Source: Bacteroidota bacterium (lineage in GTDB: Bacteria; Bacteroidota; Bacteroidia; M30B66). From it: a stretch of DNA of 64,000 nucleotides. The notes below the pieces were generated by a model. That model ran no database searches. It was not told where the DNA came from and worked only from the letters and a program-made list of their open reading frames with translations. Of this stretch, positions 19,725 through 29,947 are shown in pieces. The stretch spans positions 65,695 through 129,694 of the forward strand of contig JAIXYK010000061.1 in NCBI GenBank assembly GCA_027490225.1, given 5' to 3'. Position numbers and translations under genes: made by a program. The first letter of the stretch is position 1. Each line of letters opens with the position of its first letter.

Positions 19725-21059
19725 ATGTCAATTAGCTTTCCCGAAAATTTTAAAGAACATTTAGAAACTACAATTTTAAATTGGGATGATTTTACAGAAA
19801 GTCATAACCAGGAAATTCCAGTTTCAATCAGGATTAATTCCTCTAAATTGAATGAGAATTTACTTGTAGAAAATGTAGTTTCTTGGAACGAAAAAGGAAG
19901 ATACTTGAAACAAAGACCTGATTTTACTTTAGATCCGCTTTTTCATGCAGGAACTTATTATGCGCAGGAAGCAAGCTCTATGAGTATTGAAGCCGTTTTA
20001 GACCAATATCTTGAAAAAGAAAATAACCCTGTTATCCTCGATTTATGTGCTGCCCCAGGTGGAAAAAGCACTTTGATTGCAGATTGGTTAAATAATAATG
20101 GACTTCTGGTTTCTAACGAAGTGATAAAAAGTAGGGCAGGAGTGCTTTCTGAAAGTCTCACACGATGGGGCGCCCCAAATACTGTAGTTAGTAGCAACGA
20201 TCCTTTGCAATTAGGAAAATTAAATGGCTTCTTCGATTGTATTTTAGTAGATGCACCTTGCAGTGGTTCTGGAATGTTTCGAAAAGATAGAAATGCAATG
20301 CAACATTGGTCCGAACAAGCTGTTAGCCACTGTGCAGCAAGACAAGAAAGAATAATTGAAGATATCTGGCCGGCATTAAAACCAAACGGCATTTTGATTT
20401 ATTCCACATGCAGTTATTCTGAAGCTGAAAATGAAAATATTGCAAAATTTATTATGCAAGAGTATGATGCCGAACCCTTATCTATTCAAAAACTGGATGA
20501 AATTGAAGGGGTTTTCAAATCAGAAGTTGGCTACCGTTTTTACCCACATCTTATTAAAGGCGAAGGTTTTTATTTAGTAGCATTTAGGAAAAATCCATCA
20601 CATAAATTAACTAAACTTGATCAAGTGAAAATTGATGTGAAGAAAAGTAACCCTTTCGCTGAACTAATTCAATTAGCATCTTCCTACAAACTAATCGGTT
20701 CACATTTGGGAAACTCAATAGTTACAGAAATAATGCTCCCTCATCTATATACTTTACATAAATACCTTCACATTCTTAAAAGTGGCGTCAATGCTGGTGA
20801 ATTAAAAGGTAATAACGTAATTCCAAATCATGAACTGGCTTTAAGTACTATAATTCATCCAGATCTGCCATCTATTCATCTTGACTTAAATTTAGCATTA
20901 AGATTTTTGAAAAAAGAAGCCCTTCCTAATACATTTAATGCAAATGGCTGGAATTTGATGAAATACCAAAACGTTAATTTTGCTTGGGGAAACGCCTTGC
21001 AAAATAGAATAAACAATGGTTTACCTAAAAGCTGGCGAATTTTAAAAGAGATAGATTAG
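19725..21059 (+). CDS. rRNA (cytosine-C5) methyltransferase, RsmF/RsmB (NOL1/NOP2/Sun) family
   Basis: 'DLCAAPGGKST', 'DAPCSGSGMFRKD' and 'YSTCS' catalytic motifs. Confidence 0.85.
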   Translation: MSISFPENFKEHLETTILNWDDFTESHNQEIPVSIRINSSKLNENLLVENVVSWNEKGRYLKQRPDFTLDPLFHAGTYYAQEASSMSIEAVLDQYLEKENNPVILDLCAAPGGKSTLIADWLNNNGLLVSNEVIKSRAGVLSESLTRWGAPNTVVSSNDPLQLGKLNGFFDCILVDAPCSGSGMFRKDRNAMQHWSEQAVSHCAARQERIIEDIWPALKPNGILIYSTCSYSEAENENIAKFIMQEYDAEPLSIQKLDEIEGVFKSEVGYRFYPHLIKGEGFYLVAFRKNPSHKLTKLDQVKIDVKKSNPFAELIQLASSYKLIGSHLGNSIVTEIMLPHLYTLHKYLHILKSGVNAGELKGNNVIPNHELALSTIIHPDLPSIHLDLNLALRFLKKEALPNTFNANGWNLMKYQNVNFAWGNALQNRINNGLPKSWRILKEID

Positions 21060-21661
21060 GTAACTATTGTCCTAAAAGTTAGATTTATTCTCGGTGTAAA
21101 TACTTTTCTGGTCGTTGGTAATCTATGCAGCCAGTTTGACTGAGTTTCACCTTTCATCTCTAATAAGCTGCCATTTTCAAGCACGATTCCTAATGATTGA
21201 GCTTCTCTTTTATGCTTGAATAAAAACTTCCGCTCGGCACCAAAACTCAAAGATGCAATTGAACCATTTTTTAATAACATTGCTTCATCATCGCTATGGT
21301 AGGCCATTCCTTCATTACCATCGTGATACAAATTCAACAAGCAAGAATTGTATTTAGCCTTGGTAACTGATTCAGCTAAATTTTTAATCTCTAATAAATT
21401 ATCTGTCCATGGTAAAGCATACTTTGTGGCTTTGCTGTATGTATAAGAAAAAGAAAAGTCGCCATACCAGGCGACTTTTCTTTTAGTAATAAAATGTTTT
21501 CCAAAAATAAAAGCTTCATCATTTTTCCATTCAATTTTATGAAGTAGCTGTTCCATAAAACTTGCAGCTTTTTCTTCTTTCATTATTCTTCCAAAATAAA
21601 ATACTTCCCCGTCGAAAGGCAATAAATTATCTTCAGTTGCCCCAAACAATTTATGCTGCAT
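21056..21661 (-). CDS. alkB: Alpha-ketoglutarate/Fe(II)-dependent dioxygenase AlkB
   Basis: 'YHDGNEGMAYHSDDE' (HxD), 'NWLHRLP' (distal His) and 'RINLTFRTI' (2OG Arg). Confidence 0.85.
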   Translation of the reverse strand: MQHKLFGATEDNLLPFDGEVFYFGRIMKEEKAASFMEQLLHKIEWKNDEAFIFGKHFITKRKVAWYGDFSFSYTYSKATKYALPWTDNLLEIKNLAESVTKAKYNSCLLNLYHDGNEGMAYHSDDEAMLLKNGSIASLSFGAERKFLFKHKREAQSLGIVLENGSLLEMKGETQSNWLHRLPTTRKVFTPRINLTFRTIVT

Positions 21662-21667
21662 TTTATT

Positions 21668-21886
21668 TTAGTTATCTACCGCTACTCCTTTTTTATTGGC
21701 TTCGCATTCGTTGCAATATTCTTTACCATCGCAACCAATAACTTTAGGACAATCCATTGTGCACATTTTATCTTTAAACTCAGCTTCAAGTGAAGGATTG
21801 TAGCAATCTTTATCGCAACTTTCTGAAAGTAGAGAAAGTGAGAATAAACTAAGAAGCATTACTCTTTTAAAAAGACCTGTATTCAT
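21668..21886 (-). CDS. Small cysteine-rich secreted/lipo-protein with Kazal-like motif
   Basis: 72 aa with a signal peptide ending 'LLSESC'. Six further Cys residues follow. 'GCDGKEYCNECEANKKG' resembles the Kazal core (C-G-x-D-G-K-x-Y-x-N-x-C). Confidence 0.5.
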   Translation of the reverse strand: MNTGLFKRVMLLSLFSLSLLSESCDKDCYNPSLEAEFKDKMCTMDCPKVIGCDGKEYCNECEANKKGVAVDN

Positions 21887-21934
21887 ATTATGTTTAGGTT
21901 ATAACGCAGCCAATTTTAAACTTATTTTGGGCTA

Positions 21935-24010
21935 TTAATTCTTAACTATTTTCTCTGTTTGTTCAATTGAAGCGCTTGAGATTCTCAAAACATAAAGACC
22001 AGCAGGTAACTCATTAAGTTCTAAATTTTGGTTAAAGAACGCTTCATTTTGAATTACATAAGTTTTCGATAAAATCAAAGCTCCCATCATATTATAAATA
22101 GAAACAGAAACTTCAGTATCGCTGCTTTCGTTGATGAAACTCACATTTACGAATTCATTTGCAGGATTTGGGAAAATTGTAGCACCTGAAGATGAACCTT
22201 CAACAACTTCTTCACCTGATTCTGAATCTAGTTTTGCAGTTGAATTAGTCACACATGCATGTAAATCAACAATCGCATCTAAATCATATCCATCTGCTGT
22301 TCCAGGGAATTTGTTTGAAGTAATTGGTGACCTGTCTGTGATGCGCACATACTGTATTCCTTGAAAACCAGTTGCGGCAATATCAATAAAACCATCCTGA
22401 CAAATTGTTTGATAATCTATCCAAGTATCGCCATCTAAAGAAACCTCATAAGATGCGCGTTCTGGGTAATTGTTACATGATGGATTTCCAAATGAAGTTT
22501 CATATATGCGCAGATCATCTCCAGGGCCATCAAAAACTACGTAATCGAATTTAACAGTAACAAATCCCCCAAACCCAAAGGAGAAAAAGTTATTGGTATT
22601 ATTATTCTGAGGAGCTCCAAACATTTTTGTTAAATTTCTTCTGTCTGGAGTTGCTGTGATGATTAGGGAATTATTTTTCCTTCTAGCTTCAGCATTTGGA
22701 GTAAAATCAACTGCTTGCGTTAAGTAACCAGAAATAAGATTAGCGGGCGTTAAATCAGTTGCAATTCCATTTAAGCATTCCACACCATCTAAATCATAAC
22801 CATCTTCAGGACCATTATTTCCATTCGAAAACAAGTTGTTAGCATCACTACAATCAACTAATTTGATGAATTTTGCCCATGTAAAAATCCCTAAGTCAAA
22901 AGTAGCATCTTGACAATCCTCACCTAAATAAATATAGTTACAACCATCTTGAGATGCATAAGCTTTAATCTTTTCTGGACTTCTGCTGCACCTTCCTGCA
23001 GCATTTCCGAATGTAGTTTCATAGACCTTTATATCAGCATTTGGACCATTAAAAATTGGGTTTTCCATTTCCAATATTATTTGACCACCAAATCCAAGTG
23101 AAACAAAATTTACTCCTTCTTCGGATGTAGTTGCATCGCTGTTTTCAGGTACAAGCGCGTTGTTAAAAAACTGACGAGAAGGTAATACCGGCGTTCCATC
23201 TTGTCTGTTTTTAGGTTCATAATTCACAACATTAATAGGTAAACAGCCACTTGGCGGATTCACAGTTGGTGCAACAAAATCGAAAGTCTTTTCTGGTTGA
23301 TTGCTAAAGTTAATAGAAACACCGTCGAATGTATGAGTTTGAGCAGCAGTTGGGCTGCTAGAGCCTGATACTAATACGATACCTCCAATAAAATCGCTTG
23401 CATTATTTTGCGATACAAATTGAAGTGGATGATTGTAAATCTGCCATGAACCAAACTGTCCAATTAAATCGGCATAAGAAATTGGCAAAGATTGACTGTT
23501 GAACCTGATACTCAAATTAGCAGATGTAGCAGTATTATTATAGGTGAAAGTGTTCCAAGAATTTAAAATAACTGCTGGTTGAAAAACAACGGTAGCAACG
23601 GCTTCTCCATTTGTAATAAAAATGTTCAAATAGCTATCGTTTCCTTGCTCAGAATAACGATTCCAAGTAACAGAATTTAAAGAAGCAAGTGTTCTTACAC
23701 CTTCATAATATCCTAAAAAAGAACGATTATTACCAGTTCCTCCTGTTCTATTTGCACGAATGCTGTTGGGACCAAAGCTGGAAGGAATTCCAAAATCAGA
23801 AGAAAGAACTAAGGAAGCACTAGAGTTTCCTGTAGAAAGTAACCTCCAACCAGGATTAGTAGCGTTTGTTAAATCGCTTGCTACGATATCATTTGGTACA
23901 ATTACTTGTATCTGAGCACATATTTTTCCGAAAGAAAATAATAGAGCAATTATTGAAATACAAAATACTTTAAATTTTGAAAAATGATTTTCTTGTAGGA
24001 TTAGATTCAT
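21935..24010 (-). CDS. T9SS-secreted protein with two internal paralogous modules and type-A C-terminal sorting domain
   Basis: It has a signal peptide. The C-terminus 'IFPNPANEFVNVSF...GLYVLRISS' is a Por/T9SS CTD. Duplicated modules span about aa 255-415 and 425-586 ('GFGG...GP..D..YET.FGN...DGYDLD'). Confidence 0.75.
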   Translation of the reverse strand: MNLILQENHFSKFKVFCISIIALLFSFGKICAQIQVIVPNDIVASDLTNATNPGWRLLSTGNSSASLVLSSDFGIPSSFGPNSIRANRTGGTGNNRSFLGYYEGVRTLASLNSVTWNRYSEQGNDSYLNIFITNGEAVATVVFQPAVILNSWNTFTYNNTATSANLSIRFNSQSLPISYADLIGQFGSWQIYNHPLQFVSQNNASDFIGGIVLVSGSSSPTAAQTHTFDGVSINFSNQPEKTFDFVAPTVNPPSGCLPINVVNYEPKNRQDGTPVLPSRQFFNNALVPENSDATTSEEGVNFVSLGFGGQIILEMENPIFNGPNADIKVYETTFGNAAGRCSRSPEKIKAYASQDGCNYIYLGEDCQDATFDLGIFTWAKFIKLVDCSDANNLFSNGNNGPEDGYDLDGVECLNGIATDLTPANLISGYLTQAVDFTPNAEARRKNNSLIITATPDRRNLTKMFGAPQNNNTNNFFSFGFGGFVTVKFDYVVFDGPGDDLRIYETSFGNPSCNNYPERASYEVSLDGDTWIDYQTICQDGFIDIAATGFQGIQYVRITDRSPITSNKFPGTADGYDLDAIVDLHACVTNSTAKLDSESGEEVVEGSSSGATIFPNPANEFVNVSFINESSDTEVSVSIYNMMGALILSKTYVIQNEAFFNQNLELNELPAGLYVLRISSASIEQTEKIVKN

Positions 24011-24093
24011 GTTAGGTTTTTTTTAGGAGATGTATTAAGAGGTGAAATTAATCAAAAAAATATAACAAGAACCAAATAATCTTTGTTCAGATA

Positions 24094-25002
24094 CTAAGCA
24101 TTGATTAACTCTCTGCTGGGATAAAATTTCCTTTCTTTTAAAAAGTAGTAATTACCTTTAGCTAATACATGAACCAATAAATTTTCAATAGAGACAGGCA
24201 TACCATCTTCAATATCAGCAATATTAGAATGTAAGATATAATGCCCGTCGAAAATTAAAACCAAACCAGAGCCTATTGCTTCAAGTTCATTTCCATTTCT
24301 AACTAAAACACCCGTATCTTCACCTAAACCTATACCGATACAAGAAGGATTGCTCGCTACTGATTGCGCCAATCTTCCAAATCTCCCTCTTTTTATAAAA
24401 TGAGAATCGATAATCACACGTTTAATGAAAGATAATCCTGTAGTTATTTTAACTTTACCTTTCAACAAAGCTTCATCACTGGAACCTTCATAAATCATAG
24501 TGTTTGACATAGCCATTGCACCGGCACTTGTTCCAGCAACTATAAAATGTTCATTTTTATAACGCTCTAGAATTATATTCAAAAAGTCTGTACCACCGAA
24601 TATCATGCTCAGACGAAGTTGATTTCCACCCGTAAACATCACTCCGTCGCATTCTTTAATTCTGTCGGAATATTCTGTTATTTGAACGTCTTCTCGCTTT
24701 TTAATATGAATAACTCCTACATTTTCGCATCCTAAGCGTTTAAAAGCTTCTATGTAGTTATTACCCACTTCTTCTGGAATTTCAGACGCAGTTGTGATAA
24801 CCTCAATTCTGCTGTCTTTTCCTTTCATTTCTTGAAGTATTCTTTTCAAAATGCCATCATCAAAAAATGAAAGTACAGTTGATTTTTTATAATTTGGCTC
24901 ATCACTGGTGCCTTTATCTACATCCCCCCCAATTGAAATTAAAATGCCTTTGGGCCTTGCCATAATTATTTTTTTGAATTTTTGCAAATCTAAGTCTTTC
25001 AT
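24094..25002 (-). CDS. cphB: Cyanophycinase (S51 peptidase)
   Basis: 'FTGGNQLRL' and the nucleophile elbow 'AGTSAGAMAMS'. There is no signal peptide. It is divergent from cphA. The true start may be the M at 24963. Confidence 0.85.
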   Translation of the reverse strand: MKDLDLQKFKKIIMARPKGILISIGGDVDKGTSDEPNYKKSTVLSFFDDGILKRILQEMKGKDSRIEVITTASEIPEEVGNNYIEAFKRLGCENVGVIHIKKREDVQITEYSDRIKECDGVMFTGGNQLRLSMIFGGTDFLNIILERYKNEHFIVAGTSAGAMAMSNTMIYEGSSDEALLKGKVKITTGLSFIKRVIIDSHFIKRGRFGRLAQSVASNPSCIGIGLGEDTGVLVRNGNELEAIGSGLVLIFDGHYILHSNIADIEDGMPVSIENLLVHVLAKGNYYFLKERKFYPSRELINA

Positions 25003-25108
25003 TTATTGGGCTGAAAACTAAATTAACCGAATATTAACATCATTTTAAACAAAATGGTGATAGATATGAAAGAATAAACTATTTTCGAAAAATTCTAACT
25101 AACATATT

Positions 25109-27760
25109 ATGAAAATTCTTGAGATCCGTGCCATGCGTGGCCCTAATTATTGGTCAGTTCGTCGTCATAAGCTAATAGTAATGAAACTTGATATTCAGGA
25201 GTTGGAGGAATTACCTACAAACAAAATTGATGGATTTGCAGATAGACTTGAAGCAATGTTTCCAAGTATGTATGAACACCGATGTTCTGAAGAAAAAGCG
25301 GGTGGTTTCTTTCAACGTGTAAGATTAGGAACATGGATGGGACATGTTATTGAACACATTGCACTAGAGACACAGACTTTAGCAGGAATGGAAGTCGGGT
25401 TTGGCAGAACAAGAAGTACATCGGAAGAAGGTGTTTACAATGTTGTTTTTGCCTACATGGAAGAAAAAGTAGGGATTTTCGCAGCTAAATCGGCAGTTAG
25501 AATAGCCGATGCACTGGTAAAAGGAGAGCATTACGATTTATCAAGTGATATTCAATCAATGCGTGAAATCAGAGAAGACGAGCGTTTAGGGCCATCTACC
25601 GGTTCTATCGTAGAAGAGGCTGCAAGTAGAGGTATTCCATGGATACGTTTAAACAGAAGATCTCTAGTAATGCTTGGATATGGAATCAATCAAAAAAGAA
25701 TTCAAGCAACTGTTAGTTCTCAAACAAGCAATATTGGAGTAGAAATAGCTTGTGATAAAGAAGAAACTAAAAACCTATTAGATGCCGCTGGCGTTCCGGT
25801 GCCAAAAGGGTACATTATTTACGATGAGGAAGATTTGGAGGATGCTGTGCGTAAAATTGGCTATCCAATCGTCCTTAAACCTGTTAATGGAAACCACGGA
25901 AGAGGTGCTACAATAAATATTTCAACCTGGGAAGAAGCTACAGAAGCATTAACCATTGCCAAAAGAATTTCTCGTGGTGTAATCTGTGAGAAATTTATTA
26001 CCGGATTCGATTTTAGGTTATTAGTGATCAATTATAAATTAATTGCAGCTGCAAAAAGAACTCCTGCTTGCGTAATGGGTGATGGCAAATTAACTGTTCA
26101 GCAATTAATTGATGAGGTAAATACCGACCCAAGAAGAGGTTATGGACACGAAAAAGTCCTTACTGCAATAAAGGTAGATGAAATGACTTTGAATATTCTA
26201 AAAGAAAGAAATATCGGCTTAGATGATGTTTTACCAAAAGATGAAACATTGTATTTGAAATCTACTGCAAATTTGAGTACCGGAGGAACTGCAACAGATG
26301 TAACTGATTTAGTGCATCCTTACAATGTGTTTATGGCTGAAAGAATAGCAAGAATAATTGGTCTTGATATTTGTGGTATAGACATAATGGCTCCAGATTT
26401 AACAACTCCTATAAAAGAAAATGGAGGTTCAATTTTAGAAGTAAACGCTGCGCCAGGTTTTAGAATGCATATTGCCCCAACAGAAGGCTTGCCTCGCAAT
26501 GTTGCTGAACCTGTCATTGATATGTTGTTTCCTCCCGGAACTTCTGCTAGAATTCCAATTATCGCAATTACAGGAACTAACGGAAAAACTACTACAACCA
26601 GACTAACAGCTCATATTGTAAAAACAATGGGCCATAAGGTTGGATTTACAACAACAGACGGAATTTATATTCAAAACAGAATGTTGCAAAGTGGAGACTG
26701 CACAGGTCCAGTAAGTGCTGAATTTGTTTTGAAAGACCCTTCTGTAGATTTTGCAGTTTTAGAAACAGCCCGTGGCGGAATTTTAAGGTCAGGTTTAGGA
26801 TTTAGTCAATGCGACATTGCAATTGTAACCAATGTTGCTGCTGATCATTTGGGGTTAAAAGACATTAACTCTATAGAAGATATGGCCAGAGTTAAAGGTG
26901 TTGTTCCAGAAAGTGTTAGAAAAGATGGAACTGCAATTTTAAACGCTGATGATGATTTGGTTTATGCCATGCGTGAAGGACTTAAATGTAAAGTTGCATT
27001 GTTTAGTTTAGATGAAAATAATCCTAGAATAATTGAACATTGCAATGCAGGAGGATTGGCAACCATCGTTGAAAACGGTTATGTTACAGTTTGTAAAGGA
27101 AATTGGAAGATTAGGGTAGATAAGGTAGTAAACATTCCACTCACGTTTTCAGGTAAAGCAGTCTTCAACATTCAGAATATTCTTCCTGCTGTGCTTGCTG
27201 GATTTATTAGAGGTTTTAAGATTGAAGATATGCGTTTAGCGCTAGAAACATTTATTCCTTCTCCAACGCAAACACCAGGTAGAATGAATATGTTCCAGTT
27301 CCGCAACTTCCAAGTAATGGTAGATTATGCGCACAACAGTGCTGGATTTAACGCCATCGCAAAATTCCTTGAAAAAGTTGAAGCTAAACCTAAAGTTGGA
27401 ATTATTGCCGGAGTAGGTGACCGCAGAGACGAAGACATTGTGAATCTTGGTAAAATAGCAGCTCAAATGTTTGATGAAATCATTATCCGCCAAGACAGAA
27501 ATCTAAGAGGAAGAACCGAAGAAGAAATCATTGATTTTATGCTTGCCGGAGTTAAATCTATCGACCCAAATAAAGAAGTAAAGGTGATTCGTTCTGAAAT
27601 TGAAGCAATTAATTATGCAATTAATAATGCACAAAAAGGTGCTTTTATAGTTATTTGTTCTGATGTCGTTCCTGACGCTTTAGAGCAAGTAATGAAGTTT
27701 AAAGAGGAAGAAGATAAGTTTGAATTAGCACCAACAGATCTTCCTAATATCGCCAAATAA
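25109..27760 (+). CDS. cphA: Cyanophycin synthetase
   Basis: 883 aa. It has the characteristic N-terminus 'MKILEIRAMRGPNYWS', an ATP-grasp middle domain, and a Mur-ligase-like C-domain with 'ITGTNGKTTT'. Confidence 0.95.
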   Translation: MKILEIRAMRGPNYWSVRRHKLIVMKLDIQELEELPTNKIDGFADRLEAMFPSMYEHRCSEEKAGGFFQRVRLGTWMGHVIEHIALETQTLAGMEVGFGRTRSTSEEGVYNVVFAYMEEKVGIFAAKSAVRIADALVKGEHYDLSSDIQSMREIREDERLGPSTGSIVEEAASRGIPWIRLNRRSLVMLGYGINQKRIQATVSSQTSNIGVEIACDKEETKNLLDAAGVPVPKGYIIYDEEDLEDAVRKIGYPIVLKPVNGNHGRGATINISTWEEATEALTIAKRISRGVICEKFITGFDFRLLVINYKLIAAAKRTPACVMGDGKLTVQQLIDEVNTDPRRGYGHEKVLTAIKVDEMTLNILKERNIGLDDVLPKDETLYLKSTANLSTGGTATDVTDLVHPYNVFMAERIARIIGLDICGIDIMAPDLTTPIKENGGSILEVNAAPGFRMHIAPTEGLPRNVAEPVIDMLFPPGTSARIPIIAITGTNGKTTTTRLTAHIVKTMGHKVGFTTTDGIYIQNRMLQSGDCTGPVSAEFVLKDPSVDFAVLETARGGILRSGLGFSQCDIAIVTNVAADHLGLKDINSIEDMARVKGVVPESVRKDGTAILNADDDLVYAMREGLKCKVALFSLDENNPRIIEHCNAGGLATIVENGYVTVCKGNWKIRVDKVVNIPLTFSGKAVFNIQNILPAVLAGFIRGFKIEDMRLALETFIPSPTQTPGRMNMFQFRNFQVMVDYAHNSAGFNAIAKFLEKVEAKPKVGIIAGVGDRRDEDIVNLGKIAAQMFDEIIIRQDRNLRGRTEEEIIDFMLAGVKSIDPNKEVKVIRSEIEAINYAINNAQKGAFIVICSDVVPDALEQVMKFKEEEDKFELAPTDLPNIAK

Positions 27761-27796
27761 GTTTTAGCTTGGATTCACTTAAAATTGAAGTGAACA

Positions 27797-28528
27797 CTAT
27801 TTAGGAATTGCAACAAAGTAGTATTCTGTCCTTTCATTATAGATTTGGCAGAATACCTTTTTATTTAATGGAATAGGGGATTTTAAATAGCTAATTAATA
27901 AATAAACATTCATATTTAATTTTGCTAACAAGTCGAACATATTTTCAGGTGTAGAATTATAATACTCTGAGGAACCTTTCCCAAATTCGAACAATAATGT
28001 AGGTTTTAATTTTTTTATTAATTCGGAAGCTCCTTCAATTACATTTAATTCGCCGCCTTCAACATCTATTTTAATAAAATCAAGTTTATTTAAATTTTTA
28101 AAAAAGTTATCTAATTTAACTTGTGTAACTTGAATTTCAAGAATGTCAGGGTTTTTAATTGCATATTCTCGGTTTCTTAAGCCACTATATGCTGGCGCAT
28201 TTTTAACGACTTTAAAAGTTGTAATTGTCTCAGCATTACTAATTGCATTAGGATAAATTACAACATTTTTATCTTTATATTTATTACAAAGTGCTTCATA
28301 CATCCATGGAATAGGCTCAAATCCAAAGTGTTTTCCTATAGGTGAAAATTGAAGGATCTGATCCATAATTTCTCCTTTATGACAACCAATATCAATACAA
28401 ACACTGTCTTTTTTCAGTATTTTTTTCATTATTGAAATTGCTGCCCTGTCATACTTCATATTCTTTGTTACATCTAAATGTAAAAAATTGAAGACAGGTC
28501 TTAATAAATTTTTCGCTTTTTGAAGCAT
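27797..28528 (-). CDS. FkbM-family SAM-dependent methyltransferase
   Basis: 'CIDIGCHKGE' (SAM motif I) and 'FIKIDVEGGELNVIEGA', typical of FkbM. Confidence 0.8.
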   Translation of the reverse strand: MLQKAKNLLRPVFNFLHLDVTKNMKYDRAAISIMKKILKKDSVCIDIGCHKGEIMDQILQFSPIGKHFGFEPIPWMYEALCNKYKDKNVVIYPNAISNAETITTFKVVKNAPAYSGLRNREYAIKNPDILEIQVTQVKLDNFFKNLNKLDFIKIDVEGGELNVIEGASELIKKLKPTLLFEFGKGSSEYYNSTPENMFDLLAKLNMNVYLLISYLKSPIPLNKKVFCQIYNERTEYYFVAIPK

Positions 28529-28534
28529 TATTAA

Positions 28535-29947
28535 TTATGGATGAAAAATCAATAATTTAATGGTTTTAAATTCATTCGAATTATTTTTATAATTCAAAAA
28601 ATATGTACCATTATTTATGTGTTTGGTAGAAATATTTTGTTGTTCGAAAAGCACAGGAACAGATTGCCCAGTAATGCTTGTAATTGAAATAATTTCTGAG
28701 ATTGACTCATTTAAAATTGCAACATCGTTCGCGGGATTAGGATAAATTATTACTTCATCTTTTGACGGATTTTCAATACTTAATAAATTATTATTTGATT
28801 TTTCGCAGAAAGCTCCCATTTTCATTAAAAAAATGCTGCTTTGACCAGGAGTTAAGAAGTATGCTGTACCAACTTCGGTAAAACCGCCATCATGATTTAC
28901 TGCAATTTCGCCTGGATTACTATTACCTAAACCATCAATTACACCGCTGCAAACATAAACGAAAGGCAAATTAAAATGCCAAACACCAGATGAAACATAT
29001 GTTTGATCATTATATTCTATCGCTATATTATAAGTGTTAAATGTAGAGTTATATTGAATGTTATGTGCTTCAATATCCTGAGGTCCTGTTTGCAATTCGT
29101 TAAATTGTATGGTGCCCGTTTTGTCTATTGAGAAAAAATAGGGGCGTCGATTTCCCTCATCCATTAATTTATTTGCACTTACACCAATAAATCCACCAGG
29201 ATTTTTCGCCATTGAGTTAGCCCAATCTTTGCGCTGGTCACCATAAAAATATGTCCAAAGATTATCACCATTGCTATTAATCATTGTTATAAATGCATCA
29301 TCACTATTGGTAAGCGCATTAAATGATTTTCCACAAAAAAGTAAGGTGTCATTATTATAAGAAATTATTGCATTTGCTTTATTACCTAAGCCAATTGAAT
29401 AATTCCTATTCCATAATTCAGCGCCATTTGCATCTAACTTATATACTGAAATGATATTCTCATAAGTTTCAATATTATTGGAATTTAAAAGCAAATAAAT
29501 TGAACTGTCTGCTGCTTCGATCACTTCGGTGCAAAAATCCCAGTTGTTTCCACTAATTGTTTTAGTCCAGATAATTTCTCCTATACTGTCGGCCTTTACT
29601 AAATAAACATCATAATTTCCATCTGAAGAGTTATTTGTATTTCCTGCCATAATATAACCCCTGTCAGCACAGATTTTCATAGATATTCCTTGTTCAGTAT
29701 TGTTGCTTCCATATATCTTCGCCCATTCCTGAATTCCTGCAGTATCGGTCTTTATTAAAACCATATCACCATTTACAGCACCCCAACCTCCAGTAGAACC
29801 AAATATAACATAACCTGAATCAGCAGTTAAACCAACGGATTTTCCCTCATTAAAACTTCCTGGAGCTCCATAAGTTCTGGTGAATATAGATTGTGCTTTA
29901 GTAGAAAAAACAATGCTTAAAAGAATACAAAACACTAAATTTCTCAT
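28535..29947 (-). CDS. T9SS-secreted repeat (beta-propeller-like) protein with type-A CTD
   Basis: It has a signal peptide. Repeated units follow the pattern '...D.YL.K.D..G...W.K...'. The C-terminus is 'IIYPNPANDVAIL...GTYFLNY...KLLI'. Confidence 0.7.
   Translation of the reverse strand: MRNLVFCILLSIVFSTKAQSIFTRTYGAPGSFNEGKSVGLTADSGYVIFGSTGGWGAVNGDMVLIKTDTAGIQEWAKIYGSNNTEQGISMKICADRGYIMAGNTNNSSDGNYDVYLVKADSIGEIIWTKTISGNNWDFCTEVIEAADSSIYLLLNSNNIETYENIISVYKLDANGAELWNRNYSIGLGNKANAIISYNNDTLLFCGKSFNALTNSDDAFITMINSNGDNLWTYFYGDQRKDWANSMAKNPGGFIGVSANKLMDEGNRRPYFFSIDKTGTIQFNELQTGPQDIEAHNIQYNSTFNTYNIAIEYNDQTYVSSGVWHFNLPFVYVCSGVIDGLGNSNPGEIAVNHDGGFTEVGTAYFLTPGQSSIFLMKMGAFCEKSNNNLLSIENPSKDEVIIYPNPANDVAILNESISEIISITSITGQSVPVLFEQQNISTKHINNGTYFLNYKNNSNEFKTIKLLIFHP

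Noticed and set aside
19341-20392. Antisense ORFs 19341-19691 and 19958-20392 opposite rplT and the RsmF-like gene
   Set aside because: They are shadow ORFs nested in well-supported, motif-bearing genes and have no motifs of their own.
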